Origin: Acidobacteriota bacterium
GTDB taxonomy: Bacteria > Acidobacteriota > Vicinamibacteria > Vicinamibacterales > UBA2999
Reading direction: 5' to 3'
Length of the DNA stretch: 39,329 bases
Assembly: GCA_031429375.1 (NCBI GenBank)
Contig: JANOZI010001083.1
Coordinates: 1-39,329 of the forward strand
The number at the start of each line of letters is the position of its first letter. The first letter of the stretch is position 1. The position numbers were made by a program, and so were the translations under genes. Shown here one piece after another: positions 1 to 8,551 of the stretch. The notes below the pieces were generated by a model. The model saw only the letters and a program-made list of their open reading frames with translations. It searched no databases and had not been told where the DNA came from.

Positions 1-1
1 C

Positions 2-760
2 GAGCCGTACGGCATGGTGCTCGTCACGGGCCCCACGGGGAGCGGCAAGACGACGACGCTCTATGCGGCGCTGTCGGAGATCAAGTCGATCGAGGACAAG
101 ATCATCACGATCGAAGACCCGGTCGAATACCAGCTGCGCGGCATCACGCAGATTCCGATCAACGAGAAGAAGGGCCTGACCTTCGCTCGCGGGCTGCGCT
201 CGATCTTGCGCCACGATCCCGACAAGGTGATGGTCGGTGAGATTCGTGACCCCGAAACCGCCCAGATCGCCATTCAGTCGGCGCTGACCGGTCACCTGGT
301 GTTCACCACGGTGCACGCCAATAACGTGTTCGACGTGCTCGGCCGCTTCCTGAACATGGGCGTGGAACCGTACCAATTCATCTCGGCGCTCAACTGCGTG
401 ATGGCGCAGCGGCTGGTCCGCAAGATTTGCGAGGCCTGCAAGCGGCCCGCGACCATTGATCCGGCGCTGCTTGCCGAGTCGGCGATCGACGCCAGTATCG
501 CGGCCAAGCACACTTTCTACGAGGGCGCTGGCTGCATTGAGTGCTCCGGCACCGGCTTCAAGGGTCGCATGGCGATCTGCGAATTGCTGGATCTGACCGA
601 CCACATTCGCGAGATCATTCTCGACAAGCGGCCGATCTCCGAAGTGAAGCGCGCGGCCAAGGATCAGGGAATGCGATTGCTGCGTGAGTCGGCCGTCGAG
701 CGCGTGCTTAGCGGCGAAACCACTCTGCGCGAGATCAACAAGGTGACGTTCGTCGAATGA
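2..760 (+). CDS. GspE/PilB-family secretion ATPase, C-terminal part (5' end lies outside the window)
   Basis: The frame is open from the window edge. It has Walker [17 protein letters not shown] and [10 protein letters not shown] boxes, and the tetracysteine CEAC...CIEC typical of T2SS/T4P assembly ATPases. The stop overlaps the next start (ATGA). Confidence 0.9.
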   Translation, partial: EPYGMVLVTGPTGSGKTTTLYAALSEIKSIEDKIITIEDPVEYQLRGITQIPINEKKGLTFARGLRSILRHDPDKVMVGEIRDPETAQIAIQSALTGHLVFTTVHANNVFDVLGRFLNMGVEPYQFISALNCVMAQRLVRKICEACKRPATIDPALLAESAIDASIAAKHTFYEGAGCIECSGTGFKGRMAICELLDLTDHIREIILDKRPISEVKRAAKDQGMRLLRESAVERVLSGETTLREINKVTFVE

Positions 761-1710
761 GCTTCAGGACCTTCTTTCAAACCCCGCCGCCCGACGTGGC
801 GATTGAGATCGATCACGCGCATGTCGGTGGCGCCCGCCTGGTGTGGCGTGGCAATCAGGCGGTGATTGCCGCGCACGCGCAAGAAGCGCTGCCGCCAGGC
901 GCCGTGGTGCCGGCACTCGCCGCGCACAACCTGGTGGACGTGCCGCTGGTTGCCAAGGCGGTCGGCCGCGTTCTGGCCGAGTTGGGCAACAAGCCCTCGC
1001 GGGTCGCGCTGGTGGTGCCCGACACGGTGTCGAAGGTGTCGTTATTGAAGCTGGACACGGTACCGGCCAAGCTGGCGGACCTGCAGGAGATTGTCCGGTG
1101 GCAGGTGCGCAAGACCGCGCCATTCCCGATCGAGCAGGCGGTGCTTAGCGTCTCGCCCGGAGTGACCGCCGCCGATGGCAGCTGCGAGATGATCGTCTCG
1201 CTGGCGCGAACGGATGTCATTCAGCAGTACGAGCAGGCGTGCTTGATGGCGGGCGCCGAGGCCGGCCTGGTTGACATCGCCTCGTTCAGTGTCATCAACG
1301 CGATCCAGGCGGGCCAGGGCGGGCCGTCGGGCGATTGGCTGCTGGTCCATATCACCGACACCTACCTCACGCTCGCGGTCATGCGCGATCAGTCGCTGTT
1401 GTTCTTCCGTCACCGGGGCGAAGAGGCCGAGGGCTCGCTGGCCGACCTGATTCACCAGACGGCGATGTACTACGAGGATCGCCTGCACGGTAGCGGCTTT
1501 GCCCGCGTGTTGATCGCCGGCGCGGCCCGCTTGCCGGGCGGCGCAGAGAGCGTGCGTCGGGGACTTGAAGAGCGCCTGCGGATAGGCGTCGAATCGGTGG
1601 ATCCACGTCACGCGGCGACGTTGGCCGACCGCATTGGCGCGTCGCCGGAACTGCTCGACGTACTGGCGCCGCTGGTCGGCATGCTGCTGCGCGAAGGCAG
1701 GGTGGCGTGA
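757..1710 (+). CDS. pilM: Type IV pilus assembly protein PilM (actin-like ATPase fold)
   Basis: 317 aa. It sits directly after the ATPase and before PilN/O-like genes. The overall pattern is PilM-like (VALVVPD..., IVDIASFS..., LIAGAA), and the start is ATGA-coupled. Confidence 0.8.
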   Translation: MSFRTFFQTPPPDVAIEIDHAHVGGARLVWRGNQAVIAAHAQEALPPGAVVPALAAHNLVDVPLVAKAVGRVLAELGNKPSRVALVVPDTVSKVSLLKLDTVPAKLADLQEIVRWQVRKTAPFPIEQAVLSVSPGVTAADGSCEMIVSLARTDVIQQYEQACLMAGAEAGLVDIASFSVINAIQAGQGGPSGDWLLVHITDTYLTLAVMRDQSLLFFRHRGEEAEGSLADLIHQTAMYYEDRLHGSGFARVLIAGAARLPGGAESVRRGLEERLRIGVESVDPRHAATLADRIGASPELLDVLAPLVGMLLREGRVA

Positions 1711-2363
1711 CCATGCTGCATACCAACCTGTCGACGCGACCCTTCTACAACACACGGATCGTCCGCGTTGGCCTGCTCGCCGTGGCGGTGATTGCGGCCG
1801 GACTCATGATCTTCAACGTCGTCGAGCTGTGGCGGCTCCAGACCGCGAACCGGGAGTTGGGTCAGACGGTGACCCAGAACGAGAATCAGGCCCGTGAGCT
1901 CCGGCAGAAAGCCCGCACTGTGCAGGAGTCGATCGACCAGTCGCAGTTGCTGCTGGTGAGTGCGGCAGCCCGCGAGGCCAATGCCCTGATCGATCGCAGG
2001 GCGTTCTCGTGGACCGAACTCTTGAACCAGTTCCAGGCCACCCTGCCGCCTGCCGTACGGGTCGTCTCGGTGCAGCCGCAGGTCGATGATGAGGGCCTGA
2101 TGCTGGTCGCGATCCGGGTCATGTCGCGACAGCGTGAAGATCTCGACGCCTTTATCGACGCCCTGGAAAAGTCCGGCGTGTTCCGGGGTGTATTGTCGCG
2201 ATCGGATGCCAGCGTGGAAGACGGGACCCTGGCGTCGGTGCTGCAGGCGTACTACGAGGTCCCCGCCCCGGCGGCCGCCACGACCCCGCCGGCGTCTGAA
2301 CCTGGCAAGGGTGTTCCGGCCAATCGGTCAGCCGCGGCTGTCGTGGCAGGAGACCGGCCATGA
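1707..2363 (+). CDS. pilN: PilN-like fimbrial assembly protein (bitopic inner membrane)
   Basis: N-terminus NLSTRPFYNTR followed by one TM helix and a coiled coil, which is the classic PilN layout. The start is GTG at 1707 (GTGA overlap) or ATG at 1713. Confidence 0.75.
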   Translation: MTMLHTNLSTRPFYNTRIVRVGLLAVAVIAAGLMIFNVVELWRLQTANRELGQTVTQNENQARELRQKARTVQESIDQSQLLLVSAAAREANALIDRRAFSWTELLNQFQATLPPAVRVVSVQPQVDDEGLMLVAIRVMSRQREDLDAFIDALEKSGVFRGVLSRSDASVEDGTLASVLQAYYEVPAPAAATTPPASEPGKGVPANRSAAAVVAGDRP

Positions 2364-2962
2364 AGGTCCTGTTTTCGACCGGCAGCGACGTGCCGTTCGC
2401 ACGGGTGCTGTCGGAACACCGCAGGGTGTTGGTGCCGCTCGGCGCGTTATTGGCGGTCAGCATCGCCGTGCTGGTCCTGCTGGTGCTGCCGTTGCGCGCG
2501 TCGGTGCAGCGTGGTGGCACCCGGGCGGAGGAGTCGACCCGGGCCTTGGCTGCGGCGCGATCGGAACTGACGGCGGCCGAGGCGACCCGCGACGCGCAGG
2601 CCCAGGCGACCCGCGACCTCGATCGCTTTTATCGCGAGGTGTTGCCGGCCGATGTCAGCGGGGCGCAGCGCCTGATCCACTCGAAGTTGAGCCTGCTGGC
2701 TCGCTCGCACGACGTCGTGTTCTTGCAGAGCGCTACGACGCCGGAAACGGTGCGGGATTCGTCGCTCGACCGCTTGATGGTGAACTACAACCTGAGCGGC
2801 GATTGGGAAGACGTCCAGCAGTTCATTAATTCGATCGAAACGCTGCCCGAGTTTGTGGTGATCGACAACCTGTCGCTCAGTGAAGGCGGCGACGCGGGCT
2901 CACCGCTGTCGCTGACACTGGCGGTGTCGACCTACTACCGCGCGAGGCGCGATGCTCGCTGA
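2360..2962 (+). CDS. pilO: PilO/GspM-like pilus assembly protein
   Basis: 200 aa with a single N-terminal TM, a coiled coil and a C-terminal ferredoxin-like region. It occupies the pilO position, with an ATGA overlap with pilN. Confidence 0.65.
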   Translation: MKVLFSTGSDVPFARVLSEHRRVLVPLGALLAVSIAVLVLLVLPLRASVQRGGTRAEESTRALAAARSELTAAEATRDAQAQATRDLDRFYREVLPADVSGAQRLIHSKLSLLARSHDVVFLQSATTPETVRDSSLDRLMVNYNLSGDWEDVQQFINSIETLPEFVVIDNLSLSEGGDAGSPLSLTLAVSTYYRARRDAR

Positions 2963-3506
2963 TCGTCGCCGGCTGTTGATCGGCAGCGCCGTGGTGCTGG
3001 TGCTGGCGCTGGGGGTCTGGACCCAGACCGGTTCGACGCCGGCCGCGACCGTCGTGACGCGGGCACGGGCACGGCCGCGAGCGCAGCAGGATGCGCCCGG
3101 GGCGGCCGTTGCTCCGATGAAGCCGCTGCGGCTTGAAGCGTTGACCGCGGATCGCGGCGAACCGAGTGGGACCGCGCGAAACCCGTTTCGGTTTCAGCCG
3201 AAAGTCGTGCCGGCGCCGCCACGGATGGTGGCGCCGCCGGCGGCCGCGGTGACGCCGCCGTTGGTGTCGGCAGCGCCGGCCGGTCCGCCGCCACCGCCGC
3301 CGATTCCGTTGAAGTTCATCGCGCTGGTCGAGCGGGCTGATGGGGTGAAATGGGCAGTGCTCAGCGATGGGAAGGTTACGATGTACGGCAAGGACGGCGA
3401 TAGCATCGACGGCCGCTACCGCATTCAGAAGGTCGGCGCAGAATCGGTGGAAGTAACCTACCTCGATGGGCGCGGCCGGCAGGTGATTCGGTTGACAGGT
3501 CAGTAG
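2952..3506 (+). CDS. PilP-like protein (Pro-rich linker plus C-terminal beta domain)
   Basis: N-terminal TM/signal, a Pro/Ala-rich spacer, and a C-terminal segment KFIALVERADGVKWAVLSDGKVTMYGKDGDSIDGRYRIQKVG that resembles the PilP/GspC HR beta-domain. It lies between pilO and the secretin. Confidence 0.55.
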   Translation: MLADRRRLLIGSAVVLVLALGVWTQTGSTPAATVVTRARARPRAQQDAPGAAVAPMKPLRLEALTADRGEPSGTARNPFRFQPKVVPAPPRMVAPPAAAVTPPLVSAAPAGPPPPPPIPLKFIALVERADGVKWAVLSDGKVTMYGKDGDSIDGRYRIQKVGAESVEVTYLDGRGRQVIRLTGQ

Positions 3507-3511
3507 GGCGA

Positions 3512-5998
3512 ATGATGATCAGGGGTTTGGCAGGCGGTGTGGTGTTGGTCGCGCTGGCGGCTGTGGTGGCGGCCGGCTGTGCCACCGGCCGCGCGTTCAC
3601 TCGCGGCGAAACCGCGGGACAGGCCGGTGACTGGGAATCGGCGGTCGGCTATTACCGGCAGGCCCTCGATGATGACCCTGACCGTCCGGACTATAAGATC
3701 GCGCTGGAACGGGCGATGATCGCGGCTGCCGGGATGTACTCCGACCGCGGGCGCCAATTCGAGGCCGCCGGACAACCCGACGAGGCGCTGCGCGCCTTCC
3801 GAAAGGCGCAGGAGTTCGAGCCGTCGAATCGCACGCTCGCCGCCAAGGCCGCCGAACTCGAACGCATGCTGCGCGACCGCATCGAGGCGGCGACACCGCG
3901 TCCCGAGATCGAGAAGATGCGCCAGCAGGCGCGCCGCAGCGTCGAACCGGTGCTGAACCCGACCAGCCCCGAACCGCTCAACATCAACATGAACAACACG
4001 AGCCTGCGTGAGATGTTGATGTTCATCGGCAGCTCGACCGGCATCAACGTCACGTTGGATCGGGATTTCCAAGACCGGCCGATTAGTCTCAAGCTGGAAG
4101 GCGTCTCACTCGAACAGGCGCTGCAACAGATCATGCTCACGAATCAGCTCTTCTACAAGGTGCTGAACGAGCGAACCATCATTGTCGCCGCCGACAGCAC
4201 GCAGAAGCGTACGCAGTACGAAGATCAGGTGATTCGCACTTTCTTCATTTCAAACGCCGACGCGACCGAGATGCAGACCTTGTTGACCGGCCTGATCCGG
4301 GTCGCCGGCATGGCGATTCAGCCGCAGATCATTGCCAACAAGACCGCCAACACGGTGACCATTCGTGGCACCGGTCCGGTCGTCCAGATTGCCGAGCGCA
4401 TTCTCGAGGCCAACGACAAGCCGCGTGCCGAGGTGGTGGTGGATGTGACCATCCTCGAAGTCAGCCGCGAGCGCGCCAAGCGCTACGGACTCGACCTGGG
4501 AAGCTACTCCGCCGCACTGGCGTTCTCGCCAGAAGCCGCCCCGGCCGCTGACGCCAAGCCTTTCAACCTGAATACGATTTCGCAGGGTGTGAGCACCGCG
4601 GACTTCTATCTGTCTGTGCCCTCGGCGGTCGTCCGCTTCCTCGAGACGGATTCGTCAACCAAGGTCCTGGCGAAGCCGAACCTGCGTGGTACCGAAGGCC
4701 AGAAGCTGACGTTGAATCTCGGTGAAGAAGTGCCGGTGCCGAGCACGACCTTTACTCCCAACTTTACCGGTTCGGTCGGCTCCAACCCGCTCGTCTCATT
4801 CAGCTACCGGCCGATCGGTATCAACGTCGAGATGACGCCGCGGGTTACCTACGACGGCGACGTGATCCTGGAGATCACGGTCGAGAACAGCTCGCGCGGA
4901 CAAGACCTGCTGGTCGGCGAGCAGAACCTGCCGTCGTTCTTCTCTCGCAAGGTGACCACGAAGCTGCGGCTGCGTGATGGCGAGTCGAACCTGTTGGCGG
5001 GCCTGTTGCGCGAGGACGAGCGTCGTTCGCTGCGCGGCTTTCCAGGCGTTATGCGGCTGCCGATCGTTAGGCAGCTGTTCTCGGACAACGACAAGAACAT
5101 CCGCCAGACCGACATCGTGATGTTGCTGACGCCGCGCATCCTGCGGACCCACGAACTGCGCGCGTCAGACCTCAGCCCGATCTACATCGGCACGCAGAGC
5201 AACATGGCATTGGGCGGGCCCCCGGCGGTGATGGGGGGCGACGCGATCATCGCCGCTCCGGCACCCGCGGCCGGGGCGCCGGTAACTCCGGGAGTCGCTC
5301 CATCGCCGGCCGTCACCGCCGTGACGCCCGCCGTCGGCCAGCCCGGCGCGACTGCCATGCGGCCGGTCGTGCCGCCGGGCAGTTCTCCGGTTCCCGGCAT
5401 GGTGATGGTCCCGGTCGCGCCGGCCGCGCCAGCGCCCAGTAACATCGTGATTTCGCCGCCGGATCTTCCGGTGGCATCACCCGACCCATTCCCTCCAGCG
5501 CCGGTCGCGCCCCAGTCAGCGCCATCGCCGCAGCCGGTCACCACGGCTGCCGCGCCGCCATCGCCTGCTCCCGCACAGCCCGTGGGCCCGGCGCGGATCA
5601 CGTTGAGCCCACCAAGCGAAATGCGCCTGGGCAGCGGCCCGTACACCGTACCGATCTCGGTCGCCGGCGCGTCGCGCCTGTCGACGCTGACGCTTTCGCT
5701 GACCTACAACCCGGCCCTCATCCGCGTTCGCAGCGTGCAGGAAGGCACCTTCATGCGGCAAGGCGGCGCCGCCCCTGCGTTCAGTAGCCAGGTCGATGAG
5801 AAGAGTGGCCGCGTGGATATCGTCATCACACGGCCGGGTGATCAAACTGGCGCATCCACGTCCGGCTTGTTGGCCGCGCTGCTGGTGGAGCCGGTGGCCG
5901 TCGGCACCGGTTCGCTCACGGTCACCGGTTCGGCCAGCGTCCCCGGCGGCGCCAGCGCGCCGGTTCAGTTCCTGCAGGCCGGAGTCACGGTACGGTAG
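3512..5998 (+). CDS. Outer-membrane secretin (PilQ/GspD family) with lipoprotein signal, N-terminal TPR-like region, Pro/Ala linker and C-terminal cohesin-like domain
   Basis: Lipobox VAAGC. TPR-like helices (WESAVGYYRQAL..., EALRAFRKAQEF). Secretin N-domains and core (VVVDVTILEVS, KVLAKPNLRGTEGQKLTLNLGEEVPV, LLAGLLREDE, DIVMLLTPRIL). About 130 aa of P/A/V-rich linker, then a cohesin-like module (YTVPISVAGASRLSTLTLSLTYNPALIRV...). Confidence 0.9.
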   Translation: MMIRGLAGGVVLVALAAVVAAGCATGRAFTRGETAGQAGDWESAVGYYRQALDDDPDRPDYKIALERAMIAAAGMYSDRGRQFEAAGQPDEALRAFRKAQEFEPSNRTLAAKAAELERMLRDRIEAATPRPEIEKMRQQARRSVEPVLNPTSPEPLNINMNNTSLREMLMFIGSSTGINVTLDRDFQDRPISLKLEGVSLEQALQQIMLTNQLFYKVLNERTIIVAADSTQKRTQYEDQVIRTFFISNADATEMQTLLTGLIRVAGMAIQPQIIANKTANTVTIRGTGPVVQIAERILEANDKPRAEVVVDVTILEVSRERAKRYGLDLGSYSAALAFSPEAAPAADAKPFNLNTISQGVSTADFYLSVPSAVVRFLETDSSTKVLAKPNLRGTEGQKLTLNLGEEVPVPSTTFTPNFTGSVGSNPLVSFSYRPIGINVEMTPRVTYDGDVILEITVENSSRGQDLLVGEQNLPSFFSRKVTTKLRLRDGESNLLAGLLREDERRSLRGFPGVMRLPIVRQLFSDNDKNIRQTDIVMLLTPRILRTHELRASDLSPIYIGTQSNMALGGPPAVMGGDAIIAAPAPAAGAPVTPGVAPSPAVTAVTPAVGQPGATAMRPVVPPGSSPVPGMVMVPVAPAAPAPSNIVISPPDLPVASPDPFPPAPVAPQSAPSPQPVTTAAAPPSPAPAQPVGPARITLSPPSEMRLGSGPYTVPISVAGASRLSTLTLSLTYNPALIRVRSVQEGTFMRQGGAAPAFSSQVDEKSGRVDIVITRPGDQTGASTSGLLAALLVEPVAVGTGSLTVTGSASVPGGASAPVQFLQAGVTVR

Positions 5999-6000
5999 TG

Positions 6001-6465
6001 ATGGCACGCGGATTTACCTTCGTCGAACTGCTGGTGGTCACGACGATCGTCCTGATTCTTGCCTCAGCAGTACAACCGCTGGCGAAGGTAACCATCCAGC
6101 GGACGCGAGAGGCTGAGTTGCGGCGCGTGTTGCGCGAGATGCGCACGGCGATCGACAAGTTCAAGGACGCCGCTGATGCGGGACAGATTCCGACCACTGA
6201 ACTCAAGGCCAACAGCGAGGGTTATCCGCCCGATCTCCAGACGCTGGTCGATGGCGTGTCGGTGGCCAACGACGCGAGTGGCCGCAAGCTGAAGTTTCTT
6301 CGCCGCATCCCCATGGATCCGACCGTCGGCGACAGCGAATGGGGCTTGCGCGCCTATCAGGACAAGCCCGATTCCTCGAGTTGGAGCGGACAGAACGTTT
6401 ACGACGTCTACTCAAAGAACCAGGGCACCGCGCTCGATGGCACCAAGTATCGCGAGTGGGATTAG
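6001..6465 (+). CDS. gspG: GspG-like major pseudopilin (prepilin-type N-terminus)
   Basis: MARGFTFVELLVVTTIVLILASA is a prepilin cleavage/methylation motif with Glu at +5. The size (154 aa) and EAELRRVLREMRTAIDKF match GspG-type pseudopilins. The track start at 5998 is a GTG one codon upstream. Confidence 0.85.
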   Translation: MARGFTFVELLVVTTIVLILASAVQPLAKVTIQRTREAELRRVLREMRTAIDKFKDAADAGQIPTTELKANSEGYPPDLQTLVDGVSVANDASGRKLKFLRRIPMDPTVGDSEWGLRAYQDKPDSSSWSGQNVYDVYSKNQGTALDGTKYREWD

Positions 6466-6469
6466 CACC

Positions 6470-6892
6470 ATGAAGCGCAGCATGCAAAACCCGGCGTCCC
6501 AGTGGTCCCGTGCGAACGGGTTCACGATCATCGAAGTGCTGGTCGTTATGTCCCTGATCGTGATCCTGGCGAGCATGGGCATGACGCAGTACCGCAGCAG
6601 CATTACCCGCGCGGAAGAAGCCGTGCTGAAGGAAAACCTGTTCCGGATGAACGACGCGATCGATCAGTTCTACGCTGACAAGAACAAGTGGCCAGCAGAC
6701 CTGGCCGAATTGGCGTCGGAAGGCTACATTCGTGAACTGCCGATCGACCCGATGACCAAGTCGAAAGATACCTGGACGACCGTGCAGGCGGAGCCGGACC
6801 CCAACAACCCGGCATCGCAAGCGGGCATTTATCAGGTGAAGAGCGGTTCCGACCGCAACGCGCTCGACGGCTCGCGTTACGCCGATTGGTAA
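6470..6892 (+). CDS. Second GspG-like pseudopilin
   Basis: The leader ends in NGFTIIEVLVVMSLIVILASMGM (prepilin motif, Glu +5). The body is GspG-like (EAVLKENLFRMNDAIDQFYADKNKWP). ATG 6470 avoids overlap with the preceding gene; the track start is 6437. Confidence 0.8.
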   Translation: MKRSMQNPASQWSRANGFTIIEVLVVMSLIVILASMGMTQYRSSITRAEEAVLKENLFRMNDAIDQFYADKNKWPADLAELASEGYIRELPIDPMTKSKDTWTTVQAEPDPNNPASQAGIYQVKSGSDRNALDGSRYADW

Positions 6893-6893
6893 A

Positions 6894-6949
6894 TGCGAAT
6901 GGCGAACCGCGAATAGGGAACAGCGAACGGCGAACAGCGAATAGCGAAA
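6894..6949 (+). repeat. Tandem heptamer array, 8 x NGCGAAY
   Basis: tgcgaat ggcgaac cgcgaat agggaac agcgaac ggcgaac agcgaat agcgaaa, in perfect 7-nt phase, starting 2 nt after the pseudopilin stop. Confidence 0.9.
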
Positions 6950-6987
6950 AGGGCCTGGTGCGCATTGCGCCCTGCCCCTTTGTTTTT
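6947..6987 (+). terminator. Rho-independent terminator candidate at a convergent gene junction
   Basis: aaaaggg...(imperfect GC-rich inner stem gtgcgc/gcgccc)...ccctttgttttt: a stem followed by a T-run, lying between the + pseudopilin gene and the - Big/PKD gene. Confidence 0.6.
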
Positions 6988-7006
6988 ACGATCGTCTGAA
7001 CGGGAA

Positions 7007-8551
7007 CTACTGCACTACCAGCTGGCCGGTCGACGCATTACCGGCTGAGTCGGTAACCGTCGCGGTCAGGATCGCTCCCGCCGGGACCGTCGACGTGGCG
7101 AACGTCCCACTTCCAGAGCCGCTATAGACCGGACCGGATGCGCCGCTGCTCGCGGTGACCGTGACCGACCGGATGCTTAGTCCGGTGGCCGCGCTGACGA
7201 CGATTCTGAACGTCTTGTTCGCCGCACCCGTGCCAGCGGGCTGGTCGAACGTTGTGATGGTCGGCGATGCGGCGCGGCCAATCGCGACTTGCGTGGAAGC
7301 GTTTCCACGCTGGCCGCTTTGGTCCGTGACCGTGGCCGTCACAGTGTAAGTGCCTTCGGCGTTGTAGGTCTTGGTAACGGTCGTGGCACTGGAAATGGCG
7401 CCCAGGTCACGGGTGGTGCCGTCGCCGAAGTCAATCGCGACGTTCGTGATCGGTTGCGTTGGGTTGGTGGCCGGCGTGACCGTAAACGAAATAGGAACGC
7501 CGGCAGAACCGGTAGTCGCGGATGCCGTGATGCTGAGCGTCGGCCGGATGACCTGCACCACCACGGTGGCGACCGCAGTGCCACGCTGGCCGTTCAGGTC
7601 CGTTGCCGAGGCCGTAACGGTGTAGGTTCCGGGCGCTAAGTACGTGTGCGAGACGGTCGTCGTGCCGGTGACATTGCCCACCGGCTGTTCACCCGTGCCG
7701 TCTCCCCAATTCACGGTGACGTTCTGAATCGGCGTGGTCGTGGTGGCGGGCAGGTTGATCGAACAGTTCACCGCAACGCCCGTGGCGAACCCGCCGGTAG
7801 GTGGTGCGCAAACAATGGCGAGTGAGGGCGCGGCAAGAGCGGTGACAACCACGTTGGCCGTCAGCGCGGCCGCGGTCGTCGTCGCAACCGTCGCGGTCAC
7901 CGTGGTGGTCTGGTTCGTCGTCAGTGACGTCTGTGCCTGGCCGTTGGCATCGGTCACGGCCGACGGGGAGCCAAGAATGCCGGTGCCGGTCGTGCCCCCA
8001 ATCGTGAATGCGACCGGCGCGCCCATCAGCGGATTACCATTCGTATCGGATACGCTCGCGTAAATCTGGACCGTGCCGCCACTCTGCGGGATGTTCGGCG
8101 GTTCGGCCCGTACGGAGATTCGTCCCGCCGCGGCACCACCGACCAGGAGTGTTAGCGCGCCGCTCGTCGTGCCACCGCTCGTTGAAGCAGCGCCGGAGAA
8201 TGCGTTGATCTTTACGGTTCCCGACTGTCCACTGGCCACGAAACGAACCGTCGCGCGGCCGTTCTGTGTCTGGGCTTCGGCCGGATCCATGCGTCCGAAG
8301 TCTGAAGTAAAGACCACGGTGGTGCCGTTCTGCACCGCCGTGCCGGCGGACTCAGTGACGGTCGCAGTGATCTGCGCGGAGCCGTTAACCGGAACGATGT
8401 TGGAATTGGTTGAAAGAGAAATGACCGATCCAGTCGGCGAAGTCAGCGGTACTTTCTCGCAGGCCCAAGACGAGCAGACCGCGAGCATGACCAAAACGTG
8501 GAGCGGCAGGAAACGTGACACTGGAAGACCTGTTAAGGATAATAGACTCAT
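7007..8551 (-). CDS. Lipoprotein/secreted protein with Big_1 (invasin-like Ig) and PKD domains
   Basis: Signal peptide with Cys (LAVCSSWAC). Two invasin-type Ig repeats (AQITATVTESAGTAVQNGTTVVF; IYASVSDTNGNPLMGAPVAF). Two clear PKD repeats (VNWGDGTGE...HTYLAPGTYTVTASATDLNGQ; IDFGDGTTR...KTYNAEGTYTVTATVTDQSGQ). Confidence 0.8.
   Translation of the reverse strand: MSLLSLTGLPVSRFLPLHVLVMLAVCSSWACEKVPLTSPTGSVISLSTNSNIVPVNGSAQITATVTESAGTAVQNGTTVVFTSDFGRMDPAEAQTQNGRATVRFVASGQSGTVKINAFSGAASTSGGTTSGALTLLVGGAAAGRISVRAEPPNIPQSGGTVQIYASVSDTNGNPLMGAPVAFTIGGTTGTGILGSPSAVTDANGQAQTSLTTNQTTTVTATVATTTAAALTANVVVTALAAPSLAIVCAPPTGGFATGVAVNCSINLPATTTTPIQNVTVNWGDGTGEQPVGNVTGTTTVSHTYLAPGTYTVTASATDLNGQRGTAVATVVVQVIRPTLSITASATTGSAGVPISFTVTPATNPTQPITNVAIDFGDGTTRDLGAISSATTVTKTYNAEGTYTVTATVTDQSGQRGNASTQVAIGRAASPTITTFDQPAGTGAANKTFRIVVSAATGLSIRSVTVTASSGASGPVYSGSGSGTFATSTVPAGAILTATVTDSAGNASTGQLVVQ

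Noticed and set aside
5204-5596. Pro/Ala-rich stretch of the secretin as a nucleotide-level repeat or a gene fusion artefact
   Set aside because: No nucleotide periodicity is visible, only compositional bias. The frame is continuous with the flanking secretin and cohesin-like domains, with no stop or shift, so it is best read as a genuine low-complexity linker.
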